From assembly GCA_963750285.1 (NCBI GenBank), contig CAVVQA010000002.1:198229-262228 (forward strand): a stretch of DNA of 64,000 nt. Direction: 5' to 3'. The stretch's first letter is position 1, and each line of letters begins with the position of its first letter. A program made the position numbers and the translations under genes. The DNA is from an uncultured Actinomycetota bacterium. GTDB lineage: Bacteria > Actinomycetota > Actinomycetes > Actinomycetales > CAWJMD01. This document shows, piece after piece, positions 1 to 9,328 of this stretch. Under the pieces are notes generated by a model. That model made no database searches, had not been told where the DNA came from, and saw only the letters and a list, made by a program, of their open reading frames with translations.

Positions 1-763
1 ACGAGCCGCTGCCGGTGCAGGGCACCAACGTGTACCTGCAGGGCAACGGCTACGCGCCCGGTCGTCACGGTGCGGGACGCCGACGGGCGTCGTGGTGGCG
101 TCCGGGCCCGTGGTGTTCGTCCCGCAGGGACGCTTCTACGAGTCGCCCGGCGTGGTGAAGGTGCTCGAGACCGACCGCCGCAGCTCGGGCTGCAGGGCAT
201 CTTCCTGCCCACCTGGGAGATGGACCCCGAGCGCGGCCCGGTGTCGGTGTTCCCCGACGCGCTCGACCCGCGCTGGTTCTTCACGGTCTACTCCGGCGAC
301 CTCGGCCTGGACGACGGGCGCCCGCAGTCGGTGTACGAGCTCGACACCACCGGCATGACCCAGCTCACGAACGAGGACGGCACGCCGTTCGCCGTCGGGC
401 TCGGCATCGGGGAGAGCGTCGACCTGCCCGACGGCGGGCAGCGTCACGCTCGAGCGGGTCGACCGGTTCGCGGCGTTCGGCGTCCGGCACGACCCGGCGA
501 AGGTGTGGGCGCTGGGGTTCTCCGCCCTCGCGACGGCGGGTCTGGTCGCCTCGCTGTTCGTCCCGCGGCGGCGGGTGTGGGTGCGCGTCGGCCGCCCGGA
601 GGCGCCCGGGCCGGACGCCGGACCGCGGTCTATCGTGGTGGAGGTCGCGGCGCTCGCGCGCAGCGAGGACCCGCGGCTGCAGACGGAGGTCCAGCAGCTC
701 GCCGCGCAGCTGCGCGAACGGCTCGGGTCAGCGCCCGGGCCGACCCAGGGAGCAGGAGCGTAG
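1..763 (+). pseudogene. resB: cytochrome c biogenesis protein ResB/Ccs1, C-terminal part (5' end outside window); frame-disrupted as given
   Basis: ResB-like text has to be read across frames: EPLPVQGTNVYLQGNGYAP (frame 3), VVTVRDADG (frame 1), VVASGPVVFVPQGRFYESPGVVKVLETD (frame 2), PQLGLQGIFLPTWEMDPERG...SVDLPDGG (frame 1), then SVTLERVDRFAAFGVRHDPAKVWALGFSALATAGLVASLFVPRRRVWVRV... to the stop at 763 (frame 2). It lies directly upstream of ccsB, as in actinobacterial ccs loci. Confidence 0.7.
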
Positions 764-1770
764 ATGTCGGTCGACACCACCCTCGCCCAGATGAGCAACG
801 TGCTCGTCTACTCCTCGATGGCCGCGTACGCCGGCGCCCTGCTCGGCTACGCGACGGACCTGTCCGGCCGCGGCCGCACGGCCGCCGCGCCGCGTCAGCC
901 GAGGCGGCCGAGGACAAGGTGCTCGTCGGGTCCGGTGCGCCGGCGGCGGTCCGAGGTCCCGCCGCCGCTCCGGCCGGCCGCTGCGGCCACGACCGCGCCG
1001 GTACCGGTCGCGCCGTCGGCATCGCCACGTCCCTCACCTGGCTCGCCGCGGGCCTGCACCTGGTCGCGGTCCTCACCCGCGGCCTGTCGGCCGGCCGGGT
1101 GCCCTGGGGCAACATGTACGAGTTCTCGCTCACCGGCTCGCTCGTGGTGAGCCTGGTGTTCCTCGGGCTCGTCGTGTGGCGGCGCGACCTGCGCTGGCTC
1201 GGCGTGTTCGCCATCGGTCCGGTGCTGCTGACGCTCGGGCTCGCCGTCACCGTGCTCTACACCGAGTCGGCCCAGCTGGTGCCGGCCCTGCAGAGCCCGT
1301 TCCTCGTGGTGCACGTCTCGATCGCGTTCATCTCCAGCGCGCTGTTCACCCTCGCCTTCTCGGTGCACGTGCTGCAGCTGGTGCAGGACCGGCGCGAGAA
1401 GGCCCGGGCGGCCGGGACGCCCCCGCTGCGCGGCCGGTTCATGGACCGGCTGCCGCGGTCGGCCGACCTCGAGGCGCTCGGCTACCGGCTGGTGGCGCTG
1501 TCGTTCCCGCTGTGGACCTTCACCCTCGTCGCCGGCGCGATCTGGGCCGAGAAGGCCTGGGGCCGGTACTGGGGCTGGGACCCCAAGGAGGTCTGGACCT
1601 TCGTGATCTGGGTGGTCTACGCCGCGTACCTGCACGCCCGCGCCACCCGCGGGTGGGACGGCCGCCGCGCCACCTACCTGGCGATCGCCGGCTTCGTCTG
1701 CGTGCTGCTGAACTTCGGCGTGGTCAACATCTTCTTCTCCGGCGAGCACTCCTACGCCGGCATCGGCTGA
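764..1770 (+). pseudogene. ccsB: c-type cytochrome biogenesis protein CcsB/ResC (heme-handling membrane protein); one frame break near 895
   Basis: The ATG at 764 directly follows the resB stop. The N-terminus MSVDTTLAQMSNVLVYSSMAAYAGALLGYATDL is in the frame of ORF 764. The rest is in the frame of ORF 70..1770, including the Trp-rich heme motif WGRYWGWDPKEVWTFVIW and several TM helices. Confidence 0.85.
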
Positions 1771-1790
1771 CCCCGCCCTGCGCAGGCGGG

Positions 1791-2096
1791 TCAGGCGGGG
1801 TCGTCCTCGCTGCGCGGCTTCTCGCGCTTGACGTCCAGGTCGAGGTCGCGCAGGAAGTCCGGGTCGTCGTCGGGGGCCATCGGACGCGGCGGCGCCGGGC
1901 GCTCGGGGACCTCCCAGGTGCGCTCGCGGCCGGCGATGATCCACGCCAGCGGGCCGATCACCCAGATCAGGATGATGAGCAGCACCCAGACGATCTTGGG
2001 CAGGCCCTTGACCAGGCTCTCGTCGGTGCGGATGCAGTCGATCAGGGCGTAGAGGGTCAGTGCGAGGGGCAGCACGTAGAGCAGCAGGGTGCGCAC
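1791..2096 (-). CDS. small PLDc_N-type membrane protein (PLD nuclease N-terminal domain family)
   Basis: The C-terminal 101 codons of ORF 1791..2342 read VRTLLLYVLPLALTLYALIDCIRTDESLVKGLPKIVWVLLIILIWVIGPLAWIIAGRER, followed by an acidic tail. The upstream part of the listed ORF has poorer G/C3 bias. A GTG at 2096 is preceded by a -10-like hexamer, so a leaderless start is plausible. Confidence 0.65.
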   Translation of the reverse strand: MRTLLLYVLPLALTLYALIDCIRTDESLVKGLPKIVWVLLIILIWVIGPLAWIIAGRERTWEVPERPAPPRPMAPDDDPDFLRDLDLDVKREKPRSEDDPA

Positions 2097-2102
2097 GCCC
2101 CC

Positions 2103-2108
2103 ATCGTA
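2103..2108 (-). promoter_or_regulatory. candidate -10 hexamer TACGAT for a leaderless transcript of the PLDc_N gene
   Basis: The minus strand reads cgTACGATgggggcGTG. The hexamer ends 6 nt before the GTG at 2096, and there is no Shine-Dalgarno in between. Confidence 0.3.
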
Positions 2109-2223
2109 CGAGGCCGGTCCCGGAACGCGCGAGACGCGCGGACGAAGGACCCCGGGACGCACGAAGACCCCGCCGCTCGGGCAGGGTCCTCGGTCGTCGC
2201 GGCCCGCAGGGCGGGCCGGTGGG

Positions 2224-2331
2224 TCAGCTGCTGCGGCGGCCGCGGCGGGCGTCGCGAGCGGTGCGCCAGACCTCGGCGCTGCGGCGCAGGTCGGCCGCGT
2301 GGGTGGTGGCCATCTCGACGGCGGGAGCCAT
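2224..2331 (-). CDS. hypothetical 35-aa Arg-rich small protein
   Basis: Encodes MAPAVEMATTHAADLRRSAEVWRTARDARRGRRSS. G/C occupies 33 of 35 third positions, which is better than the overlapping 183-codon frame. AAGGAG lies 11 nt upstream of the ATG. A GC hairpin (GGCCCGC cct GCGGGCC) follows the stop. I recognise no family. Confidence 0.3.
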   Translation of the reverse strand: MAPAVEMATTHAADLRRSAEVWRTARDARRGRRSS

Positions 2332-2474
2332 CTGGACTTCATCTCCTTGGTGGGAACGGTGGTGTTGCGTTGATTCTAAGGGAACAACGTTTGCAGGCCT
2401 TAGATTCCTCGTCCGTTTGAGGTGATTCTGAAGCGGATGTGGTGGAGGTCACGGCCCGGGCCGGACCGACGACG

Positions 2475-3092
2475 TCAGGCCGGGACGTCCGACCGGTCGT
2501 CGTCGCGGGCCGCCCGGCGTGAGCGCACCCGGCGCCAGGCGGCCCACACCACGACGACCGCCAGGGCCGCCACGAAGACGCGGTCCAGCCACCCGGCGTA
2601 GGACTCGACCTGCTCCCACCGGTCGCCGAGCCACACGCCGGCACCGACCAGCAGCCCGTTCCACACCAGCGAGCCGGCCGTCGTGTACGCGGCGAACCGG
2701 CCGAGCGGCATCCGGCTCGCCCCGGCCGGCAGCGAGATCAGGCTGCGCACGCCCGGCACGAGCCGGCCGAAGAAGACCGCGGCGCGGCCGTGCCGGTCGA
2801 ACCAGGCCGAGGCGCGCTCGACGTCCTCGCGGTCGACGAGGGGGATCCGGGCGAGCACCGCGGTCGCGCGCTGGCGGCCGAGCCAGGCGCCGAGCCCGTA
2901 CAGGACCAGCGCCCCGAGCAGGGAGCCGGCGGTGGCCGCGACCAGCACCCACGGCAGCGACAGGTCGCCCTGCCGGGTGAGGAACCCGCCGAGGGGGAGC
3001 ACCACCTCGCTGGGGATCGGCGGGAACACCGTCTCCAGGGCGGTCAGCGCGCCCACGCCCACCTCGCCCATCGCCTCCATCACCGAGGCCAC
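2475..3092 (-). CDS. DedA family membrane protein
   Basis: Intact 205-aa ORF. DedA/SNARE-associated signature text: ALETVFPPIPSEVVLPLGGFLTRQG, FFGRLVPGVRSLISLPAG. Confidence 0.85.
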   Translation of the reverse strand: MASVMEAMGEVGVGALTALETVFPPIPSEVVLPLGGFLTRQGDLSLPWVLVAATAGSLLGALVLYGLGAWLGRQRATAVLARIPLVDREDVERASAWFDRHGRAAVFFGRLVPGVRSLISLPAGASRMPLGRFAAYTTAGSLVWNGLLVGAGVWLGDRWEQVESYAGWLDRVFVAALAVVVVWAAWRRVRSRRAARDDDRSDVPA

Positions 3093-3213
3093 CCAGCCGG
3101 TGAGGCCGGGCAGCTCGGTCGGGGTCGGCGGTCCCGGAGGTCAGCACCCGTCCACGCGTCGCAGCCTCGGTGGCCCGGCCGCTCGTCCGGGGCGGCTGCG
3201 CCAGACTGACGCC

Positions 3214-3675
3214 GTGGACGAGATCGACCGGGCGCTGGTCACCGCGCTGCGGAGCAACGGGCGGGCGCCGTTCGCCGAGCTGGGGCGCCAGGTCGGGCTG
3301 TCCGGTCCGAGCGTGCAGGAGCGGGTGCGCCGGCTGGAGGAGCGGGGCGTCGTCACCGGCTTCCACGCCGCCGTCGACCCGCGGGCGGTCGGTCTCGGCA
3401 CCAGCGCGCTGGTGGGCATCTACTCCAGCGACAACGCCGAGTCCGACGACGTCGCCCGGCGGCTGCGCGAGGTGCCCGAGGTGGAGGACTGCTGGTTCGT
3501 CGCCGGCGAGGAGGAGTTCGTGATCTTCGTCCGGGCGGCCGACACCGCTGCGCTCGAGCACGTCATCGCGAAGATCCGGCGGCTGCGCGGCGTGGCCCGC
3601 ACCCGCACCACGGTCGTGCTCTCGACGCGCTGGGAGCGCCGGCCCGGTCCGCTGCCGCCGTCCGGGCCTGCCTAG
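3214..3675 (+). CDS. Lrp/AsnC family transcriptional regulator
   Basis: Tail of ORF 2683..3675 from the GTG at 3214. HTH_AsnC text VDEIDRALVTALRSNGRAPFAELGRQVGLSGPSVQERVRRLEERGVV, followed by a RAM/ligand domain. Divergent from the DedA gene. Confidence 0.85.
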   Translation: MDEIDRALVTALRSNGRAPFAELGRQVGLSGPSVQERVRRLEERGVVTGFHAAVDPRAVGLGTSALVGIYSSDNAESDDVARRLREVPEVEDCWFVAGEEEFVIFVRAADTAALEHVIAKIRRLRGVARTRTTVVLSTRWERRPGPLPPSGPA

Positions 3676-3684
3676 GCTGGCACC

Positions 3685-3950
3685 GTGGGCCCGTTCGTCC
3701 GGTACTCGATCCTGCGCCTCACCCTGCTCGTCGCCGTGGGTGCGGTGCTGTGGCTCGTCGGCGCCCGCGGCTGGTTGTGGCTGCTGCTCACCGCGCTGGT
3801 CTCGCTGGCGCTGTCGTACGTGCTGCTGCGGCTCCCGCGCGAGCAGGCGGCCGCCGCGCTCGACGACCGGGTGTCGGGGCGCAAGCGGTCGGGCCTGGAC
3901 GAGCGCTCGACCGGGACGCCGCCGACGAGGACGCCGAGGACGACCGCTAG
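3685..3950 (+). pseudogene. DUF4229-type small membrane protein; one frame break near 3905
   Basis: MGPFVRYSILRLTLLVAVGAVLWLVGARGWLWLLLTALVSLALSYVLLRLPREQAAAALDDRV gives two TM helices. The acidic end DRDAADEDAEDDR* is in the frame of ORF 3750..3950, and restoring one C in cgc(c)tc joins the two parts. Its position beside menA is typical for this family (from memory). Confidence 0.55.
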
Positions 3951-3971
3951 ACCGCGCCCGGTCGGACCCGG

Positions 3972-4287
3972 TCAGGGGGCGGTGGTCAGGCGCAGCCGCA
4001 GCTGCGTCGAGGAAGCCGTCGTAGGCGACGCCGGTGTCGGTGAGGGTGAAGTCGGCGGGCAGGTCCGCGCCGTGGTGGTCCACCAGCAGCTCGAGCGCCG
4101 CGCGCACCAGCGGCGGCTCGTGGGTGAGGTCGACGCCCCAGCTCTCGGACAGGTCGGCCGGCACGCGCACGGTGTGCTCGGAGACGGTCTCGTCCGCGTC
4201 CTCGCGGGTGACGTCGACGGCGTAGACGTGCTCGTCGACCACGCGGATGTCGGGTTCGAGGCGTGCACGGCTCGGCATGGAGGTCAT
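3972..4287 (-). pseudogene. conserved hypothetical protein translationally coupled to menA; frame break near the 3' end
   Basis: MTSMPSRARLEPDIRVVDEHVYAVDVTREDADETVSEHTVRVPADLSESWGVDLTHEPPLVRAALELLVDHHGADLPADFTLTDTGVAYDGFLD. The stop is reached only in the frame of ORF 3972..4268 (...QLRLRLTTAP*). The ATG overlaps the menA stop (ATGA at 4284-4287). Confidence 0.45.
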
Positions 4288-5183
4288 GCTGCCAGCCCGA
4301 GGGCCAGCAGGAGCGCGAAGAGCAGCTCGAGCCGGCCCGTGGCGCCGAGCACCGGCACCAGGCCGGGTCCCCAGGCGCCGCGCAGCACCGCCTGCACCGG
4401 CAGCACCGCGAGCGGCGCCGCGGCCAGCACGGCCAGCGCGGGCAGGTGCTCCGGCGCCCCCGCGACGGCGGTGACCACGGCGCAGAGGAAGGCGCCGGCG
4501 ACCAGGGCGGCGTAGAGCCACCGGGTGCGGCGCTCGCCGATCCGCACGGCCAGCGTCCGCTTGCCGCTCACCGTGTCGGTGGGGACGTCGCGCAGGTTGT
4601 TGGCCACCAGGATCGCGCAGGCGAGGAACCCGACGGCCACGGCGGCGAGCACGGCGGCGGGGCTGATCCGCAGCGCCTGCGTGTAGGTGGTGCCCAGCAC
4701 CGCGACCAGGCCGAAGAAGACGAAGACGAACAGCTCACCGAGGCCCTGGTAGCCGTAGGGGTTCGAGCCGCCGGTGTAGTACCAGGCCGCGACGACCGAG
4801 GCCGCGCCGACGGCGAGCAGCCACCACGCCCCGCACAGCGCCACCAGCACGACCCCCGCCACGGACGCCACCGCGAAGGCGAGGAACGCCGCCCGCCGGA
4901 CCGCGGCCGGGGCCGCGATGCCCTGCCCCACGAGGCGCACCGGGCCGACCCGCTCGGCGTCGGTGCCGCGGATCCCGTCGGAGTAGTCGTTGGCGTAGTT
5001 GACGCCCACCTGCAGCGCGAGCGAGACCACCAGCGCGAGAAGGGCTCTCACCGGCTGGACCGCACCGAGGTCGAGCGCCGCACCGGTGCCGGCGAGGACG
5101 GGGGCCACGGCGGCGGGCAGGGTGCGCGGACGCGCCCCGGCCACCCAGTCGCGGACGCCGGGCGTCGCCGTGGTCGTGGTCAC
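4284..5183 (-). CDS. menA: 1,4-dihydroxy-2-naphthoate polyprenyltransferase
   Basis: Intact 299 codons from the GTG at 5183. UbiA-family motif NYANDYSDGIRGTD, GKRTLAVRIG, and multiple TM helices. The GTGA overlap with the menE stop is at 5180-5183. Confidence 0.9.
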   Translation of the reverse strand: MTTTTATPGVRDWVAGARPRTLPAAVAPVLAGTGAALDLGAVQPVRALLALVVSLALQVGVNYANDYSDGIRGTDAERVGPVRLVGQGIAAPAAVRRAAFLAFAVASVAGVVLVALCGAWWLLAVGAASVVAAWYYTGGSNPYGYQGLGELFVFVFFGLVAVLGTTYTQALRISPAAVLAAVAVGFLACAILVANNLRDVPTDTVSGKRTLAVRIGERRTRWLYAALVAGAFLCAVVTAVAGAPEHLPALAVLAAAPLAVLPVQAVLRGAWGPGLVPVLGATGRLELLFALLLALGLAA

Positions 5184-6342
5184 CCCGAGAGGGTACGAGC
5201 GGCCAGCTCGGCGGCAGCGCGCCGGTCCGGCTTGCCGATGCCGAGGCGGGGCAGGGCGTCGACCCGCAGCACGTGGCGCGGGGCGTGGTGGCGCCCGAGC
5301 CGGTCGGCCACGGCGGCCCGCAGCCGGGTGTCGGAGGTGGTCGGGTCCGCCACGACGAGCGCGACCACCGCCGCTCCCCACTCGGGGTCGGGCACCCCGA
5401 CGACCACGGCGTCCTCGACACCCGGCTCGGCGAGCAGCACACGCTCCACCGCTGCAGGAGAGACGTTCTCGCCGCCGGTGACCACGACGTCGTCGGCGCG
5501 GCCGAGGACCTCGACCCGGCCGTCGTCGAGCCGGGCGAGGTCGGACGTGGTGAACCAGCGGGTGCCGTCCTCGTCGTCGAAGCCGGCGGAGCCGTCGCGG
5601 TACCCGGAGGCGAGCACCGGTCCGCTCGAGGCGCAGCCGGCCGTCGACGGTGAGGGCGGCCACGACGCCGTCGAGCGGCACGCCGTCGTACACGCAGCCG
5701 CCGGAGGTCTCGGTGGAGCCGTAGGTGGTGACCACGCGGATCCCTGCGGCGGCGGCCCGCTCGAGCAGTCGACCGGGTGCGGCCGCGCCACCGAGCAGCA
5801 CGGCGCGCAGCCGGCCGGCGGCGGCCGCGGCGTCGGGGTCGTCGAGCACGCGCGCGAGCTGGGTGGGGACCAGGGAGGCGAACGCGACCGGCGGGCTCGC
5901 GGCGCTGCAGGGCCTCGGCGAACGCGCCGGCGGTGAAGGTGCCGGCGGGGAGCGTCTGCGGATCGTGCTCGCCCGGTGCGGCGAGCAGCCCGCGCACCAG
6001 CACCTGCCAGCCCGCGACGTGGGTGAGCGGGAGCGCCAGCAGCCAGCGTCCCGGCGGCCCGACCCGGGCGTGCGTCGCGGCCGCGCCGGCGCGCAGCGCC
6101 TCGGCGGACAGCTCCACCACCTTCGGCGTGCCGGTGGAGCCCGAGGTCGGCAGCAGCAGCGCCGTCCCGTCCCGGAGCGGTCGGTCGAGGTGGGCGGCCT
6201 CCCGCACGACCCGGCCGGGCCCGCCCGCGGCGAGGGGGAGCAGCGCCGGCCCGGTGCCGTCCAGCGCCGCCCGCAGCCGGTCGATCAGCTCGGCGAGCGG
6301 TGGGGCGGCCGGGCCGTCGACCGGCACCGCCTCCGCTCGCAT
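5180..6342 (-). pseudogene. menE: o-succinylbenzoate-CoA ligase; two frame breaks (near 5880 and 5630)
   Basis: The N-terminus carries the AMP-binding motif LLLPTSGSTGTPKVV (frame of ORF 4735..6342). The middle has VVTTYGSTETSGGCVYDG (frame of ORF 4284..5849). The C-terminus reads WFTTSDLARLDDGRVEVLGRADDVVVTGGENVSP...LGIGKPDRRA (frame of ORF 5180..5791). Confidence 0.8.
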
Positions 6343-6467
6343 GCCCTCAGGCTAGGCCGGGCGCGGCGCTCGGAGCAGGCCCGGCCCACCGCGCTCGTCC
6401 GGCCCGCACCGCGGCCCCGGTCCGAGCGTGCCTGTACGCGGCGCCGGGACGACGGCAGGATGCGGGC

Positions 6468-6854
6468 GTGGCACGGGGCGAGGGCGAGCAGGCGCAGCGG
6501 GTGCGGGCGCTGTGCACGGCGCTGCCCGAGGTCGAGGAGCGGCTGAGCCACGGCGAGCCGACGTGGTTCGTCCGCGGGAAGAAGTCGTTCGTCATGCTCG
6601 CCGACCACCACCACGACGACCGGCTCGGCCTCTGGTGCGCCGCCCCCGAGGGCGCCCAGCGCTCGCTCGTGGCCGCCGACCCGGTGCGCTACTTCGTCCC
6701 GCCGTACGTGGGCACCCGCGGCTGGCTCGGCGTCCGGCTCGACCTGGCCGACCGCGGCGAGGGCGAGGTCGACTGGGACGCCGTCGCCCAGCACGTCGAG
6801 GACGCCTACCGCGCCGTCGCCCCGAAGACCCTGGTGGCGCAGCTCGACGTCTAG
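6468..6854 (+). CDS. MmcQ/YjbR family DNA-binding protein
   Basis: Tail of ORF 6300..6854 from the GTG at 6468: LPEVEERLSHGEPTWFVRGKKSFVMLADHHHDDRLGLWCAAPEGAQ...PPYVGTRGWLGVRLD. Confidence 0.7.
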   Translation: MARGEGEQAQRVRALCTALPEVEERLSHGEPTWFVRGKKSFVMLADHHHDDRLGLWCAAPEGAQRSLVAADPVRYFVPPYVGTRGWLGVRLDLADRGEGEVDWDAVAQHVEDAYRAVAPKTLVAQLDV

Positions 6855-7238
6855 CGGCGGTGCCGGGCCGTCGACGTTCGTGGTCGGGTCGCCGGTGCCG
6901 CAGCGCACGATCACGGCCCGGGCGGGCTCGTCCGACGGGTTCGACTCGCGGTGCACGGCGCCGGCCGGCACGTGCAGGAAGTCGCCCGGCCCGGCCTCGA
7001 CGACGACCTCGCCGCCCGGCCCCGACTCCAGCCGCATCCGGCCGCTCACCACGTAGAGCGTGGTGTCGTGGTCGCCGTGGTGGTGCCACCCGGAGACGGC
7101 GCGCGGCTCGGTGTCGACCGTCCCGCTCCACATGCCGTCGCCGTGCCGGGCCACCTGCCGGGTCATGCCGGGCGTCGGGTCGGCCGGGCCGAGGTCGCCC
7201 ACCGGGACGACGGAGCAGGGACGGGCGGGGTCGCTCAT
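6851..7238 (-). pseudogene. cupin domain protein; stop reached only after a 1-nt frame change at the extreme 3' end
   Basis: MSDPARPCSV...WHHHGDHDTTLYVVSGRMRLESGPGGEVVVEAGPGDFLHVPAGAVHRESNP shows the two cupin His motifs. As given, the frame runs on antisense through the neighbouring gene. A TAG within the shared CTAG at 6851-6854 would end it if one base is corrected. Confidence 0.65.
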
Positions 7239-7249
7239 GGGCCGGCCTC

Positions 7250-8218
7250 TCAGTAGTAGCGGGGGAAGGGGCTCCAGTCGGGGTCGCGCTTCTCGAGGAA
7301 GGCGTCACGTCCCTCGACGGCCTCGTCGGTCATGTAGGCGAGCCGGGTGGCCTCGCCGGCGAAGACCTGCTGGCCCACCAGGCCGTCGTCGAGCAGGTTG
7401 AAGGCGAACTTCAGCATCCGCTGCGCGGTGGGCGACTTCGCGTTGATCTCGCCGGCCACCTCCAGGGCCACCTGCTCGAGCTCGGCGTGGTCGGCGACCA
7501 GGTTCACCGCGCCCATCCGGTGCATGTCGTCGGCCGAGTAGGTGCGGCCGAGGAAGAAGATCTCCCGGGCGAACTTCTGGCCGACCATCTTGGCCAGGTA
7601 CGCCGAGCCGTAGCCGCCGTCGAACGAGCCGACGTCGGCGTCGGTCTGCTTGAACCGCGCGTGCTCGCGGCTCGCGATGGTCAGGTCGCAGACCACGTGC
7701 AGCGAGTGCCCGCCGCCGGCGGCCCAGCCCGGGACGACGCAGACGACGACCTTGGGCATGGTGCGGATCAGCCGCTGCACCTCGAGCACGTGCAGCCGCC
7801 CGCCCTCGGCCGCCACCCGCGCGGCGTCGACGGTCTCGGCCGTCTCGCCCTGCGGCGTACTGGTAGCCCGAGCGCCCGCGGATGCGCTGGTCGCCGCCGG
7901 AGCAGAACGCCCAGCCGCCGTCGCGCGGCGACGGGCCGTTGCCGGTGAGCAGCACGGTGCCGACGTCGGGCGACCTGCGGGCGTGGTCGAGGGCGCGGTA
8001 CAGCTCGTCGACGGTGTGCGGGCGGAACGCGTTGCGTACCTCCGGACGGTGGAACGCGATCCGCACCGTGGCCCGCCTCGGTCCGTCGAGCACGCAGCGG
8101 TGGTACGTGATGTCGGTGAACGCGAATCCCTCGACCTGCTCCCACGCGGCCGGGTCGAAGATCTCCGAGACCTCGCTGCCGGTCGCCCGGCCGGTGCGGC
8201 TGCGTCGTCTGTCGTCAC
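7250..8218 (-). pseudogene. menB: 1,4-dihydroxy-2-naphthoyl-CoA synthase; two compensating frame breaks
   Basis: The GTG at 8218 (VTTDDAAAPAG) and the stop at 7250 are in the same frame, 969 nt apart. The segment SEVSEIFDPAAWEQVEGFAFTDITYHRCVLDGPRRATVRIAFHRPEVRNAF...FCSGGDQRIRGRSGYQYA is in another frame. The C-terminal crotonase text GWAAGGGHSLHVVCDLTIAS...DPDWSPFPRYY is back in the first frame. Confidence 0.9.
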
Positions 8219-8236
8219 CTGGGCGAGGATAGGACG

Positions 8237-9321
8237 GTGACCCCGGACCCGACGCTGGACCCGACGCCGGACCGGACGCTGGACCCGGCCGACGTCCCGC
8301 TGGACGACGTCCTGGCCGCGATGGTCGTCGTGGACGTGCCCATGCACGTGCGGTTCCGGGGCGTCGACCACCGCGAGGTGGTGCTGCTGCAGGGACCGCG
8401 GGGCTGGGGCGAGTTCAGCCCGTTCGTGGAGTACGACGACCGCGAGTCGTCGTGGTGGCTGGCCAGCGCGCTGGAGAGCGCCTGGTCCGGGTGGCCGGAG
8501 CCCCTGCGCGACCGACGTGCCGGTGAACGCCACCGTGCCGGCCGTCGGGCCGGACGAGGTCGAGGGCGGTGCTGGCGCGCTTCCCGGGCTGCCGCACGGT
8601 GAAGATCAAGGTCGCCGAGCAGGGCCAGACCCTCGCCGACGACATCGGCCGCGTCGACCGGGTGCGGATGGCGCTCGGCAGCGACGTCGCCGTGCGGATC
8701 GACGCCAACGGCGCCTGGGACGTCGACACCGCGGTGCGCGCGCTCGCCGTCCTCGGGCACTACGACCTGCAGTACGTCGAGCAGCCGTGCCGCACCCTCG
8801 AGGAGCTGGTCGAGCTGCGGGCCCGGCTCGACGACGCGGGCATCGGGGTGGCGCTGGCGGTCGACGAGGGCATCCGGCGCGCCGACGACCCGTTCGCGGT
8901 CGCGGCGACGGGCGCCGTCGACGTCGCCGTGGTGAAGGTCGCCCCGCTCGGAGGGGTGCGGCGCACGCTCGCGATCGCGGCCGAGCTGGCGCGGTTCGAG
9001 GTCGACGTGGTCGTGTCGAGCGCGCTCGACACCTCCGTCGGCATCAGCGCGGGCGTGGCCGCCGCGGCCGCGCTGCCGCTGGTGGGGGAGCAGCTCGCCT
9101 GCGGCCTCGGCACCATCGGCCTCCTCGCGTCCGACGTGACCGCGCACCCGCTGCTGCCGGTGGACGGCCGGCTGCCGGTGGGGACGGTCGAGCCGGACGG
9201 CGACCTGCTGGCCTCGCTCGCTGCCGCTCCCGAGCGGCAGCAGTGGTGGCGCGAGCGGGTGCGCCGCTGCCACGAGGTGCTGCAGGACCGGTGGTCGGTG
9301 CTGCCCACGGCGGGCTCGTGA
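8237..9321 (+). pseudogene. menC: o-succinylbenzoate synthase (enolase superfamily); two frame breaks (near 8510 and 8565)
   Basis: Read across three frames: VVVDVPMHVRFRGVDHREVVLLQGPRGWGEFSPFVEY, then PVNATVPAVGPDEV, then FPGCRTVKIKVAE...VRIDANGAWD...DLQYVEQPC...VDVAVVKVAPLGG. Confidence 0.8.
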
Positions 9322-9328
9322 CGGGCGC

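Noticed and set aside
2449-4521. 690-aa minus-strand ORF, and the similar composite ORFs 12376..14868 (+) and 12703..14952 (-)
   Set aside because: Only short parts correspond to real genes: the hypothetical gene at 3972..4287, the ubiE-type gene at 14179..14868, and parts of menF. The rest reads through intergenic DNA or antisense to other genes because stops are scarce.
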